A stretch of DNA of 64,000 nt from Pocillopora damicornis (taxonomy: Eukaryota). The stretch spans positions 1-64,000 of the forward strand of contig NW_020843823.1 of assembly GCF_003704095.1 (NCBI RefSeq). The letters run 5' to 3'. The notes beneath the pieces are model-generated. The model saw only the letters and a program-made list of their open reading frames with translations. It made no database searches and was not told the origin of the DNA. Within the stretch, counting starts at the first letter, position 1; each line of letters opens with the position of its first letter. Positions 49,482 through 61,400 of this stretch are shown one piece after another. The position numbers and the translations under genes were made by a program.

Positions 49482-52329
49482 TTAGTTCTTCTTCTTGGCC
49501 ACACCAACAGTTCTACCCTTGCGACCAGTGGTCTTGGTGTGCTGACCGCGCACACGCAGACTGTAAAAAAAAAAAAAAAGAAGGAACACATTTATTCTAG
49601 GCCTTTCTAATTCAGTGCTTCCTTTTAATTTATTTCCGTTGCATGAAAAAAAGTGACTAGAGAGAAGGTCAATCCATGGGACCAGCCATTCAGCCAAAAG
49701 AACACTTCTACAACTTTGATATATATTAGGATATAGATTAGGATATGGGTAGATTGGCATACTCCTATCACTGAAAGTTATATGACATAACATGGAAATA
49801 GAACATTTCTACAGCTTCCACAGAAATTTATAACCAGTGTACATTTCATCTACAACTTGTCCACCAGTCCAGGAAAAGTATAAATGACTTTGTCAGAGAT
49901 CAAAATGTTGAATGCCAATGCAATAGGCCATTTTGATATCTTTAAATTCTAATGTGGCTCCAAAGGTAGGGGAATAAAAGAAAAGAAATTAATTGTTCAT
50001 CCCTCAACCTCTCTGTAATTTCTTTTGTTTTATTCCCCCAATGAGTCAAGTTGGAATTTTAAGATACCTAAAATGGCCAATTGAGCTCTGAGTGGTGTTG
50101 GTACCAGATGAGCCCCTATGAGCAATAGTCATGTTGATATCCACAAAACTCAAATCAAAACATACCCCCAGTAATGACGGAGCCCACGATGAGCACGGAT
50201 CTTCTTTAACCTTTCCAAATCATCACGGAGCTTGCTCTCAAGATTGTTGGCAAGGATCTAAAACACAAATTACAACATCAAATGAAACCCTTCTATAAAA
50301 CCCTTGAAGATTAAATTCCAGTTCAGTTCAATTTTCCATACCTGTGAGTACTTGCCATCTCTGATGTCCTTCTGCCTATTAAGAAACCAATCGGGAATCT
50401 TGTACTGGCGTGGGTTCTGCATGATAGTTACCACGCGCTCCACCTGCAGCCAAACAGAAGCTACCTTTACCCATGTACAGTAACCTCTTAGGCAAATAAC
50501 AATATTAATACCCTATTTTACCTCATTGTATCCAACTGATTTAAGTTTATACTAACTACTGTCACGAACAGAAGTCAGATAATTCAGTTCACAAGTTTGA
50601 AAATTATGTTCAGGTCAGGTTTATTTAAAGCTGAAAACCACAACCTACTGGATAAATAATTGATTGCTGAGTAGGATAATTTAATGGTTATCAACTAGAA
50701 AGTAATTTGTGTGGTGCAAAGCAAACTGGAACTGTAAGTCTAATATGCTTCTGCATGAATTAATGAAAATATACACTGTTGAGATCTCACAGTGAAAAAC
50801 CTCTGGTAGTGTGGAGCCATTATCAATTACTAATAAGCAAATAAGAACATTTGACTACAGGGTGTTAATATATATCAGAGAACAAAGAATTCTCCGGCTA
50901 TTAAACAGTATTATCTTGTTAAATTACATTATAACAGCCTCACTTATTTTTCATCCTGATAAATTGAACATTCTCCTCTTCCTATACAATTGTTATCCTG
51001 CTACTTTTTTTTTTTCAATCTAAAAACCCTGTGGCAATGAAAATTTTTCTAATTCTGTCCATGAAGCTTTACCTCATCATCTGTGAGCTCTCCAGCACGT
51101 TTGTTCATATCAACGTCAGCCTTCTTACATACAAGGTTGGCATACCTTCGTCCCACACCCTGCGAGAAATTTCAATTTCCTCATGTTTGTTGCACAGTAC
51201 TAATGTAGCACACACTACAATGTCACTTTTTCATCACAATGTTAGTTAACACAAGGGACAAACAAAGAAAAACTTAGAGTAAACATAAGGAAACTACCAT
51301 TAACAAGGGACTGTGGAAACTGTACAACTCATGACTCCCTGAAAAAGTTTGTTTGCCTTTGACAAGTCCACTGCATACTGAACAATCACAAAAAAGTTCA
51401 CAACAAACTGATTACCACTGTTATTAGAGCAACAGCTAGTTGGCTTTTTCTTCAAGACATAAAAACATCCCCAGAATATTTCTGGTGTTCACAGTTCACC
51501 ATGCTTCTTATGTAGAAATTCCATAATGATTACTATACAATGTAACTCTGTTTATGGCCCTCTTCAAATGCGACACTAGATCTTCACACTGTACAACACT
51601 AATTCCAAATACAGAACATTTATGTTCTCGGTAAGATTTCCACACAAGCCCACACTCTTCCATAACAAAGCCATAGTCTCTTATCTAAGTACTGTACGCA
51701 TAATGAAGAATGGGATTGCATGAAAATCTTGCCATCTTCTCCTGTTTTATCCACTGACCTTGATGGAAGTTAGTGCGAACATAATTTTTTGTTTTCCATC
51801 GATGTTGGTGTTCAGTACACGCAAAATATGCTGAAACTTCTCGGGAATTACAAGGGCCTATGCGAAAATAAATATTTTAACGTGAGGACATTGAAATTAG
51901 TTATAATGACATCACTAAAAAGTTAACCATCTTCGTTTACATCAATAATGATAGTAGTATTAACAATTCGAAAGTAAAACGACATCGAATAACATTCGCG
52001 AAATTTCTGATATTCCACAGCCAAATGGGAACTTGTAAGTTTAGTCTTGCTGTTCAGAAAATTCTTTTTTTTTTTTTCAAACGCCTGAGAAATGCAAAAA
52101 TTCAAAGTAGAAACCTATATTCTTCGAAATCCGTAACGTTCGACTGTACATTTATTAACTGGCTTGAATAATTTGCACAGTGTGCAAATTTACGAAATAA
52201 AGGCAGAGATCACTTCTCACATCTTAAGAAACAACAATTAAATTAACGATAACACCGATGATGACACAGATGCAAAGATTATAGCGGATTTCTTCGACAC
52301 TATCCTACGCTCAAACTCCAACCTACCAT
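49482..52329 (-). CDS. RPS18: 40S ribosomal protein S18 (uS13), 153 aa. Exons 52329-52327, 51857-51759, 51159-51073, 50443-50342, 50257-50166, 49560-49482
   Basis: [22 protein letters not shown]...[14 protein letters not shown]...[16 protein letters not shown]...[34 protein letters not shown]. Confidence 0.98.
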
Positions 52330-52339
52330 GATGGCAGCC

Positions 52340-52348
52340 GAAAGAGAA
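52340..52348 (-). promoter_or_regulatory. 5' TOP / TCT-like polypyrimidine start of RPS18
   Basis: Minus-strand TTCTCTTTC just upstream of the ATG-only first coding exon, typical of ribosomal protein genes. Confidence 0.65.
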
Positions 52349-53854
52349 CGCAACGTGGTGCATGATGGGATTTGTGATTAACTGAACCCGCACAAAGTAG
52401 CGTGTCAGTGGAAAATGGCGTGCCATCATTGTATATCGTGTATGAAGAAGTATAGTGTCCAAAGGGTTTATTTATGAAAAAGTTTAAGATATTGAAGAAC
52501 AAGACTTTCACTGCTCAAACCAAGCTAGAAAAGGGAAGCAGCGCAAACTGAAGAACTGGTGGTAGTGAAATTCAGACACGATAGAACAAAGGAAAAAAAT
52601 TTGGTGTAATATTTCTTAGAAAAGTGGAGTAATTATGCAAAAACAAAGGAAAGCAAATGTAAAAAAAAAAAAAAATTTTTGGTAAGGGAGGATGCATGCA
52701 GAGATGTTTCCAAAGTACCAAAGTGAAAAGGTATTTCCAGCCATAAGCCATATAAAAACTTATCATCCTTACAAACCAACTTCTAGTATTCAAACTTAAA
52801 AACAACAGAGTAAAGAATGAGTCAATTTTTATTTCACAGAGAATGTTAGGTGATTGGTTAATCTTGATAACAAATTTAAGTGTGAAGACACCAACAAGGC
52901 TGGATTAGTCTCCTAGTTAGTTTCAATCAGAATGCTGTCTATGTATCAAGATTACATTGATTTAATAAATAAGGTGAAAAACCCAAAATACCCAAATGAG
53001 AGCAGAATGCAAGAAAAATTACTTTGCAAATATACATGTGTGTCATGAAAAGCTTGCATAGTGGTTCGACAGATCTTATATTAATTTTCTGCATTTCTTT
53101 GTGGCATAATCTTGTTACCTCAATGAAAGAATTTATTGCCAACATCATCTACAAAAAAATAGACATAACTAAACAAAACAAATTATTTTGATGTTAACAT
53201 GTGAAAAAAATATTATATAAATTGTATGGTAACTTTTCTGAACAACTTTTGGTCTATACTGGCATTTCTAAGGCACAAAGTTTTGAGACAAATACTAATT
53301 GAAACCTCACACTAAGTCATGCAAAAGGAGGAATGATTGTAATCGATGACAGGCCCAAAATTTTCAAATGCCTTCAGAATACAAAGAAAACACTCTGCTG
53401 GGCACACCCAAGCAGACACACACACTGAACTGTAGACCATAACTTTGATTTATGGGGGATCAGGATAACTTTCCTTTGCACATTTTTAATGAAACAAAAA
53501 GAGCCCAAATAAAGAAAAATCAGTGTGTCTGACACATTTGTCATTGCAACAAGAGAGATAGGAGATCCATTTGAGCTATACTTCTTATCATCACACTGTT
53601 CTGCAGTTGTTTTTTTAAATACTTTATGGATAACACCAACTTATCTTTATCCATTAAATGCTGGTGTAACCAAATTAAATTTATCCTTTTCATGCTGATG
53701 TCCTCCTTGTACAACATGATTAATGATACAAAATTGTCTGAATTGGTGCTTCTTGAGCATCTATCAAACCAAACACAACAGCTCTGTCAACTGATGAAAT
53801 TCAAACACCAAAAGATGGAGAAACATCAACTCATTTTTTTTATCCCAATTCACT

Positions 53855-56790
53855 TTAACATCCAAACGCATCACTAAGTGGTAACTTTACGACTCCTACT
53901 CCTCCACCTAGTCTACGATAGTTCATCCCTCCATAAAGCTTCCACTGATTTAACACTGGGTCAAACACTTCAATAGTCTTAAGATAAGTGGTACCATCAA
54001 AACCACCAACAGCTAAAAGTTGTCCATTTACAACTGCCAGACCAACTCCACTACGGCGAGAGTTCATTGCCACAACAGGTGACCATTGGTTTGTTTTAGG
54101 ATCATAACATTCAGCACTACTGAGCTCTGTTGCATCATCTCGCCCTCCAACTGAGAAATGAAAACAAGTATTCAGTTATAAAATTGTTTTTTGATTCTGC
54201 AGATAATAAAACAGACCCTGTAAGGAAGTTTTCACTGACTAAGTGCTGGTTTATTCTGTGTGAATTTAATACTGTTGAAATATTATTACTTCTTTGTAAG
54301 TTAAGTGATGACCAGGACAGCTGAGATGAATTGTCACATAACATTGTTCCTATTTTTATTCTTTAAGAGAAGTACCATTTTCACAGTGCACATAAATTAC
54401 TTGAGATTTGGTTGCCATTGGGAAAATAATGTTCTCACATTAGTCAAAGAACTTTTGACAGATGGTCAGGTACAGATATTCAATAAGGTTATACACCATT
54501 TCCCTTCACAACAAACTTGCTAACCTGATCACACTGTATGAATTTTATGACCTTTTTCAATTGTTCCATTTGTATTGGTATGTTCCCCATAATATACACT
54601 ATGCTTTAAATACAGGGTTTTCTTAAGAAATGTGTAGAGTAAAAGGAAACAACTCTCCACATCTGAATAAAAAAATAGCTCAGTCAGGCTTTCAAAATTT
54701 AGCTGAATAACCATGCCTGAAAATTAACTGAACTTTGCTCCCTCACCAACACCCTGACTTCACTCCACTAGATAATTTAGAATAAAGCAAACTTTTAAAT
54801 ACTCACCAACATAGAGTTTATCCTGGAAGAGGGCAGCCCCAAGATGTTTCCTTCGTGTTCCCATGGGTGCCACTGGGCTCCAACGGTTAGTTTTAGGATC
54901 ATATTTTTCAACTGTATTTAAGGGTGAGGTACCATCAGAGCCACCAATAGCATACAGATAACCATCAAGTACTGCAACACCAACACCAAGTCTGCGAGAA
55001 CTCATAGATGCAACTCGAAACCATCTGTTATCTTGAGGGTCATATTTTTCAACAATGTACAGACATGATACACCATCTTGCCCCCCAACTGCATACATGT
55101 ACCTGGAAAAGTTGGTTTAAAATCAGTGATATATTTCTTGTTTACCCCTTTGAACAAGCAAGCTTAAAAATAATAATTATTACAAATCAAACTAGAATTT
55201 AAAAAGTCATTAAGAGAAAAAACTACTCAAGAATCACCAGATCATGTGATAATAGTAGGCAGTCTGTCATGTGTACTTATGGTGGTTACTCAACACACAT
55301 TCTTGTATATTATGCTTAGTTTTCAAATAACAGCAGAATCATCTTAGGTACTTAAGTATGCAAGTGGGATAGACAAAGTTTACCTAAGTCTTAACAACAT
55401 TTTTCATTATGCATTTCCCTATATCCACAATTTGTACATGTGGAGCTGTTGTAAGTTCACTTCCCTCCATCTAACTTGGGTTAAATACCTGAACCAGTAT
55501 ATTCATTTAATTTATTAACAAGCACGGTCGTTTCTATTATATCTGCTACCGAATAGGTGATTTGTTCTTATTCCAAACAACTTACCCATCAAGAACAGCA
55601 ACACCCACACTGGTGCGACATGTGCAAGTTGGTGAAACATCACTGCTCCATTGGTTTGTTTTGGGGTCATACCTTTCAACACTGTTGAGATAGCTACTAC
55701 CATCATGACCTCCAACAGCATACAGTAAATTGTCCAAAACGGCCACACCCACACCACAACGTCGCTTACTCATGGTGGCCACCATTTTCCAGTCATTTGT
55801 CTGTGGTTCATAGCGTTCAACACTACTGATGGCATCTCCACTACACCAGCCTCCCACAGCAAACAACACTTCTGTGCATTTAGTTGGTTTTCGAGGTCTG
55901 GTCCGAGGTCCTTGCATGAGCAACCTTTGCTCTGGCAGAAGAAGATAGTTCTTGGCTTCATCCACAAGATCTCTACAGGATTCATCACTTTTTACCAAAG
56001 GATCAGTACCAACGACACCAACTAAGAATTTAGGGCCTAAAAGTGGTAGCCTGACATGTTGTAAGACCTGTGAAAGATGACATCGCCTCTCTGAAACGCT
56101 GTATTTGACCCAGTTAATGACCGCTGTAAAAACCTGTTCTTCGGAACGAATGTTAAGTTCGTCGCTGGACAGAATATTCAATAATTGTGTCACCGGTAAA
56201 AGTAAGAATTCCTCACTTTCTATGACTTCTTGAAAATTATGGTGAGTAAAAATGTCGGCAATACGCAACAGCTCGCGGCAAGAGTGAGTATCAGCGAAAG
56301 CTCTGATACCGAGGCAATTCGAAGGATCTAGCTGGCGTTTTAAAAACTCACAGCATATTTCCTGAATTTCTGAGATTTGAAGCAAACAAGCGGCAGGAAG
56401 AAGGGCTTGAACATTGACTTCTTCCACAATAATTTCTGCACTGTATGCGAAATCAACCAGGAGTTCCATAGCTGTTTCATCGACATCTTGAATTGTTACT
56501 TCTTTTTTCCGACTTTCCGCCATTTCGCCCGTGAACATGGCTTTAAAATACGGACTACATGCCGCCAAAATCACTCGATGAGCAAAGAGAGTTTTACTAC
56601 CAGCCTTAATTACAACATCACACAATTCTCTGCATTGCCGTAGAGAGTCTAATGTGTCCAGAAGTTGTTTAGGGTGGCGATCTGAAATATGTCTCATCCT
56701 CGGTTTGTTAAATTGAGAAGACTTCAACGGGCTGCCAGCGAAAAATGGCAATCCCATCTCCATAGCTGCGGTTCTCTCAGTGTTTTCCAT
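53855..56790 (-). CDS. KLHL20: Kelch-like protein 20 / diablo (BTB-BACK-6 Kelch), 598 aa. Exons 56790-55586, 55102-54807, 54150-53855
   Basis: [36 protein letters not shown] and kelch repeats [20 protein letters not shown]...RRLGGGVGV, typical of KLHL20. Phases close. Confidence 0.96.
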
Positions 56791-58415
56791 TGAAACTGAT
56801 CATCGTCGATTACAATGCCGAGTTCAAGTGTTAGCCTTGCGATTTAATACATCTGAATGAATGAATTTGACAAACTTAAGCACACATTTTTAGTGCTATT
56901 CACCAAAACAAAATCTCCCAATAACCGAATATAAATTGCAATTCACTATGTAACCTGGCCTTCGCCAGAACGGGGAAGAACGGGGAAGAGCGGAGGATTT
57001 CTTCTTCCGTGCTGTTACAAACGGGTTTAATTTCTTCATCGAGAATGGGATCTTAGTTTTAGTTTCTTTTTTCGATTTTCCACGCTCTGAAGGAAACGTT
57101 TTTTGAATATTTTTTTCATACTTTCTGTTCTGAAATCCTCAAGAGGGTGGAAAAATGAGTTTAATTTTCGTTCGTGGTTTTACGAAAACGAAAGTCTTGG
57201 TAGGTAAACTGATGGTTTGGTGTCGTGTTCTGTTATGAAAAACTTCGAGGCCACTTTTTCTTCCTCGGTAGGAGGAAAAAATGGTGGTGTTGAGAAACGA
57301 ATGAACAATTTGTCCGATATTATTCGTGTTGAGGAGAAACGTGTCTACTAAGAAGGTATTGTGGTGAAAATTAAGAAGTCCTTTAGCTGTTATGAGGTAA
57401 TGAATGTCACGCTTTTGCAAAAGTTGAGAGCCACATGAAAATTGTAACACGTGTGGCTACTAATTTTCTATGAATCTGAATTTGTTTTCGAGAGAGAAAG
57501 TGTCATCCTTTCTTATCAAAGTTACAATTGCTTTACATGGTTGTTTTCCTTTTCTCAACACACATTTGCTGTGGTCAGAAAACCCTTAAATGTCGATGTG
57601 TATTGGCGTTTTACAAAACTGACTTCAAGCTTGCTAAAATTCTCAAATGTGATGAATCAGATTTTCGATGCTTAGTTTACAGCTCTGTCATTTGTGAGGC
57701 TATACTCTGAGTGTCTGGACACTCGCATTGCCCTGTTAAGTATGAAGCATGCTTTATCACAGGAAATCAATGTAAAAACCTGTTAAATGGCTTTGTAATA
57801 CATTCTGACTAAATTGAACAGTCTCTAACTGACTCACTGATTTTGTCTTTAGGACAGAGGAAAATAACTAACAAGAGGTAGAGGAGCTTTTTTAAACCTG
57901 ATACTTTTAAGGCTGGCTCTCCTTTGTTTAAAATTTATTTGTTGCAGTATTAAATACAAAACATAACCTAATCTATCAATAAGATAGAAAGAAATAATGA
58001 TGTTCAGAAGAAATATGCCAACATGAAATAACTAATGAGGCTTAATAGATCCATTAGTTAGTAAAAAGTTTGCGTTAAGTAGCATTTTCTCGTTAACAAA
58101 ATAAACCTGTCGTCGTTTGCATGTTAGAGGGAGTTGCATTGTCACGTATTTTTGCATTGTTTGTCAGTCGGTGATCAATTGGTCGTTGGAGAGCTCGGTC
58201 AGTTTGGTCACTGAGAAGGACATTGTAGCATGTTGTGGTTTAGAGGGGGTGACTGTTGTTAACAGGTTAAGATAAGAGCTTAAGTGGAGAGCGTCTGCCA
58301 GGACAACACAACATGGCCGCCGCAGGTTCAAGTGGCTGCTATCCAAGGTTCTACTTAATTGTTTTAACGAAAGTGGCTGACATTCCTATATTTTACTCGT
58401 CTAGTTTTTTATCGG

Positions 58416-61400
58416 CTAACAAACTGAATTAAACTTAAACCTATTTGTTTCTTGCTGCTGCTGGTTATCACATTGTTCAAGCTGAAGCACAGAGTTTGAA
58501 TATGTCGTCGTCGAAGGAGTAAAACTGCGTCGTGATGACCCGTCGTCCAAAACACTGCTCTGCATCTTACTTTCCTTTCTCGGAGTCGTGGTAGATAACT
58601 CGTAGTCTTCATTTCTTTCCGATTCTTCTGCAATGATTTTCCTTCTTGTCTGATAAAAAGCAATCTTACGCTCCATGCCTAAAAATAAAATTGATATGAA
58701 GATGCCAGCAGCGACAAGCACGAAAACGCCGTTGTGATCAGACATAGACAATCTGTGTGGTGATCTCTCAAAGTCTTCTTTTGTCAAACACTTCCGCACC
58801 AGCCACTTATTCCAAAGAACAGACAACGCGTTTTCGTCACTCAGTTGGAGAATCCTCTTTGAGAAAACCTGGGTCCAAGAGGAATCTTTCGCTAGTACTA
58901 GTCCATATCCAGAGATACCAAAAGGCTCTCCCACAATTCTCAAGGAGCAGTCGTGTTGCGAAGAGACCAAATGCTCCAGATAAGGGTGGTCGTCGATATA
59001 AACTGAAAATTCCCTGTAGATGAGAGTACCAATAACCGTGATAAGCATTACCCGCTATTGTACATGGACGCTGGGTCCTTCCATACAGGCTAGTAGGTTA
59101 AAGAGAAGAAAATAAATAAACAGGAGCCTTGGCAACCACGTATATCCACTGGACTAATTTTCAGTTGATTTAGTTCATTAACTCTGATGGAGAGCTAACG
59201 CTCGAAACGTCAGCTTTGAAACACTTTGAGGTGGCCAATTCGCGTTATCTACTCAGTTGATAACACTAAATTACCCCGTTATACTCTTCCACCGACGCAG
59301 TACCTCTGTTTCTTTAGAAACTTACTCGTCTATAATTTTCGGTTAAACTGTTATTTCTGCTTTTTTGGGATAATAAGGAGCTATACGGTTGTGAATTTCT
59401 TAAGTATTGCATGTATTGTTTTTATTTTTTAATTTTGTTTACGGAATTCGAAGTTTATGTGTTAATTCAGTACAACAGGAAATCTTCCGAATAAAGCTAC
59501 ATTTGATCGTGCGTGTTCTGAAGTAAATCAATGCAACTGAAAATGGAACTCCTACCCAGATTTAACTTTTGCCACCCCGTCATGTACATTTTCCACGTTG
59601 TAATGCTTCATGTTATCATAGATTTTACGCATGCGCGGATCTCGATTAAACTTGAAGTAGGCTTCAGTGCTGCTCGACTTCAGAGTTCCAAAGTGGAAAC
59701 CGGGGGGAGGGTTAATCATCTGTCAAAGGAGAGAAAAAAAAAATCAATGAAAGTCAGCATATCTGGGTCGGTAAGACATTAAAGTCAAACAATTATCTGG
59801 TACATACAAATTTTGCCACAATCTGTTGCTTTAGATAAAGGAAATTTATCTCCATGTACACATACCATAAGAAGGCACCATTTTGATATGACGAAAAGCT
59901 TGAGATAATAATTTTTCAGTATTTCTTTGAACACGAGGGGTTGCACCTACTGTTATTACGGTGAACTTTTGGGGCTTAAACCTTTGACCCTAAAGAGTGC
60001 CTAAAATCTAATTTCTCTTTACAAAATCACTCCTGGTTCAAACATTAAGGATGGGAGAATAAAAGAAATGATTACCAATTGAAGAAACTATTGTTGTTAG
60101 ACAAATGCTCCTTGTAAGTACTGTAGGATATGTATAGAGAACAGTATGGAGAATATGCATACTGATGTTAGGGTCTTAAGGGTTAAAGGAAGAGGAAAAG
60201 TGGGGCTAAGACGAAAGTGGACAAACAAAGGTGAGAGATGGGAAGGAGTTCTACTACTCAATATTCCATCCATTTTGTCTTTCACAACTTTTCTCCCAGC
60301 TGTTCCCTTAATTTATCGTCTCCATCATGTTTTTGCCTTTCACATCCCTTCCCTTTCAGATGCATAAGCTTTAAGTTTCTTTAACTTTATTGTACCTTTT
60401 CGTCGTATATTCCTGTTACTGGTGGCTCAGCGTCATCTTTTACCTTATTAGCGGCTAGATTTGCGGTATATGTGCTGCTCAGGATTATCATGGCAAAAGC
60501 AAAGAAGATAGCCACTAGGCGCGCACTCAAGCTTCTTGGAAAACCACTTCCCGCTGGCACGTGCACAAGTGTGCTCCACGTGTAAGACATACTCTCCAAG
60601 AACGTTATACTTTCTTTCTCACTCAAGCTTTCTGTGATTGCTCTTTTCGAAAAATAACTATTGCTATTAATATAAAACTCATTTGTTTTTCGGTCCAGGT
60701 ACCACAAGGCGACAAGAATTGTCAGAATGGATAACAAGATAGCAAACCATAAACTTGTTCCAAACGGTTCGAGAAACTCCATATTTATGAAAGGTTTGGA
60801 AGAAACACCGTTGGCAATTATCATCCCAATTCCAACTTCGCCGTAAGGAGTAGTGAAATCCACTACCTGACTGCGCTGTGCGTTGATCGTGATAGTACCT
60901 AATGCCATGTCTGCTTTACCGTACAACACTTCACCTATCATACCATTCCACAGACCTGTAACATCATCTATGGCCCCGTACTTTCCATCTGGTACGAGGT
61001 ATACTTCATAGGAGAAGCTTAGTTTGTCCTGTATCAAGCCCAGTAAGTCTATCATTAGACCAGACACACAGAAGACGTGCAGCTGATTTGAACTGTTGCT
61101 CGAGATGTTGGAGTGTTCGTAACAGGGGACTCCTATTTCGCAAGTCGGCTGAGGTGAATTGTGTTGTAATTTTTCTTTCGTGCAATGCTCTCCATGTTCG
61201 GTGCAGCCTGTCACGTTTCCAGCCTTATAAAGGTACTGACCGTGTTCGATACTAACAATTCGAAGAGTCTTAGATGCAACGCCAGGTTTGGGATCGAATT
61301 TTGGAAGAAAGTTTTCTTCAAACTGAAAGCTTCCGTTACTTTGAAACGTTGCAATTTTCCTCCAAGATTGCCTCAACACAGGATTAGTTTCTAGCTTTAA

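Noticed and set aside
50700-50800. Two hairpins plus ACA in RPS18 intron 3 as an H/ACA snoRNA
   Set aside because: No proper ANANNA hinge or pseudouridylation pocket found.
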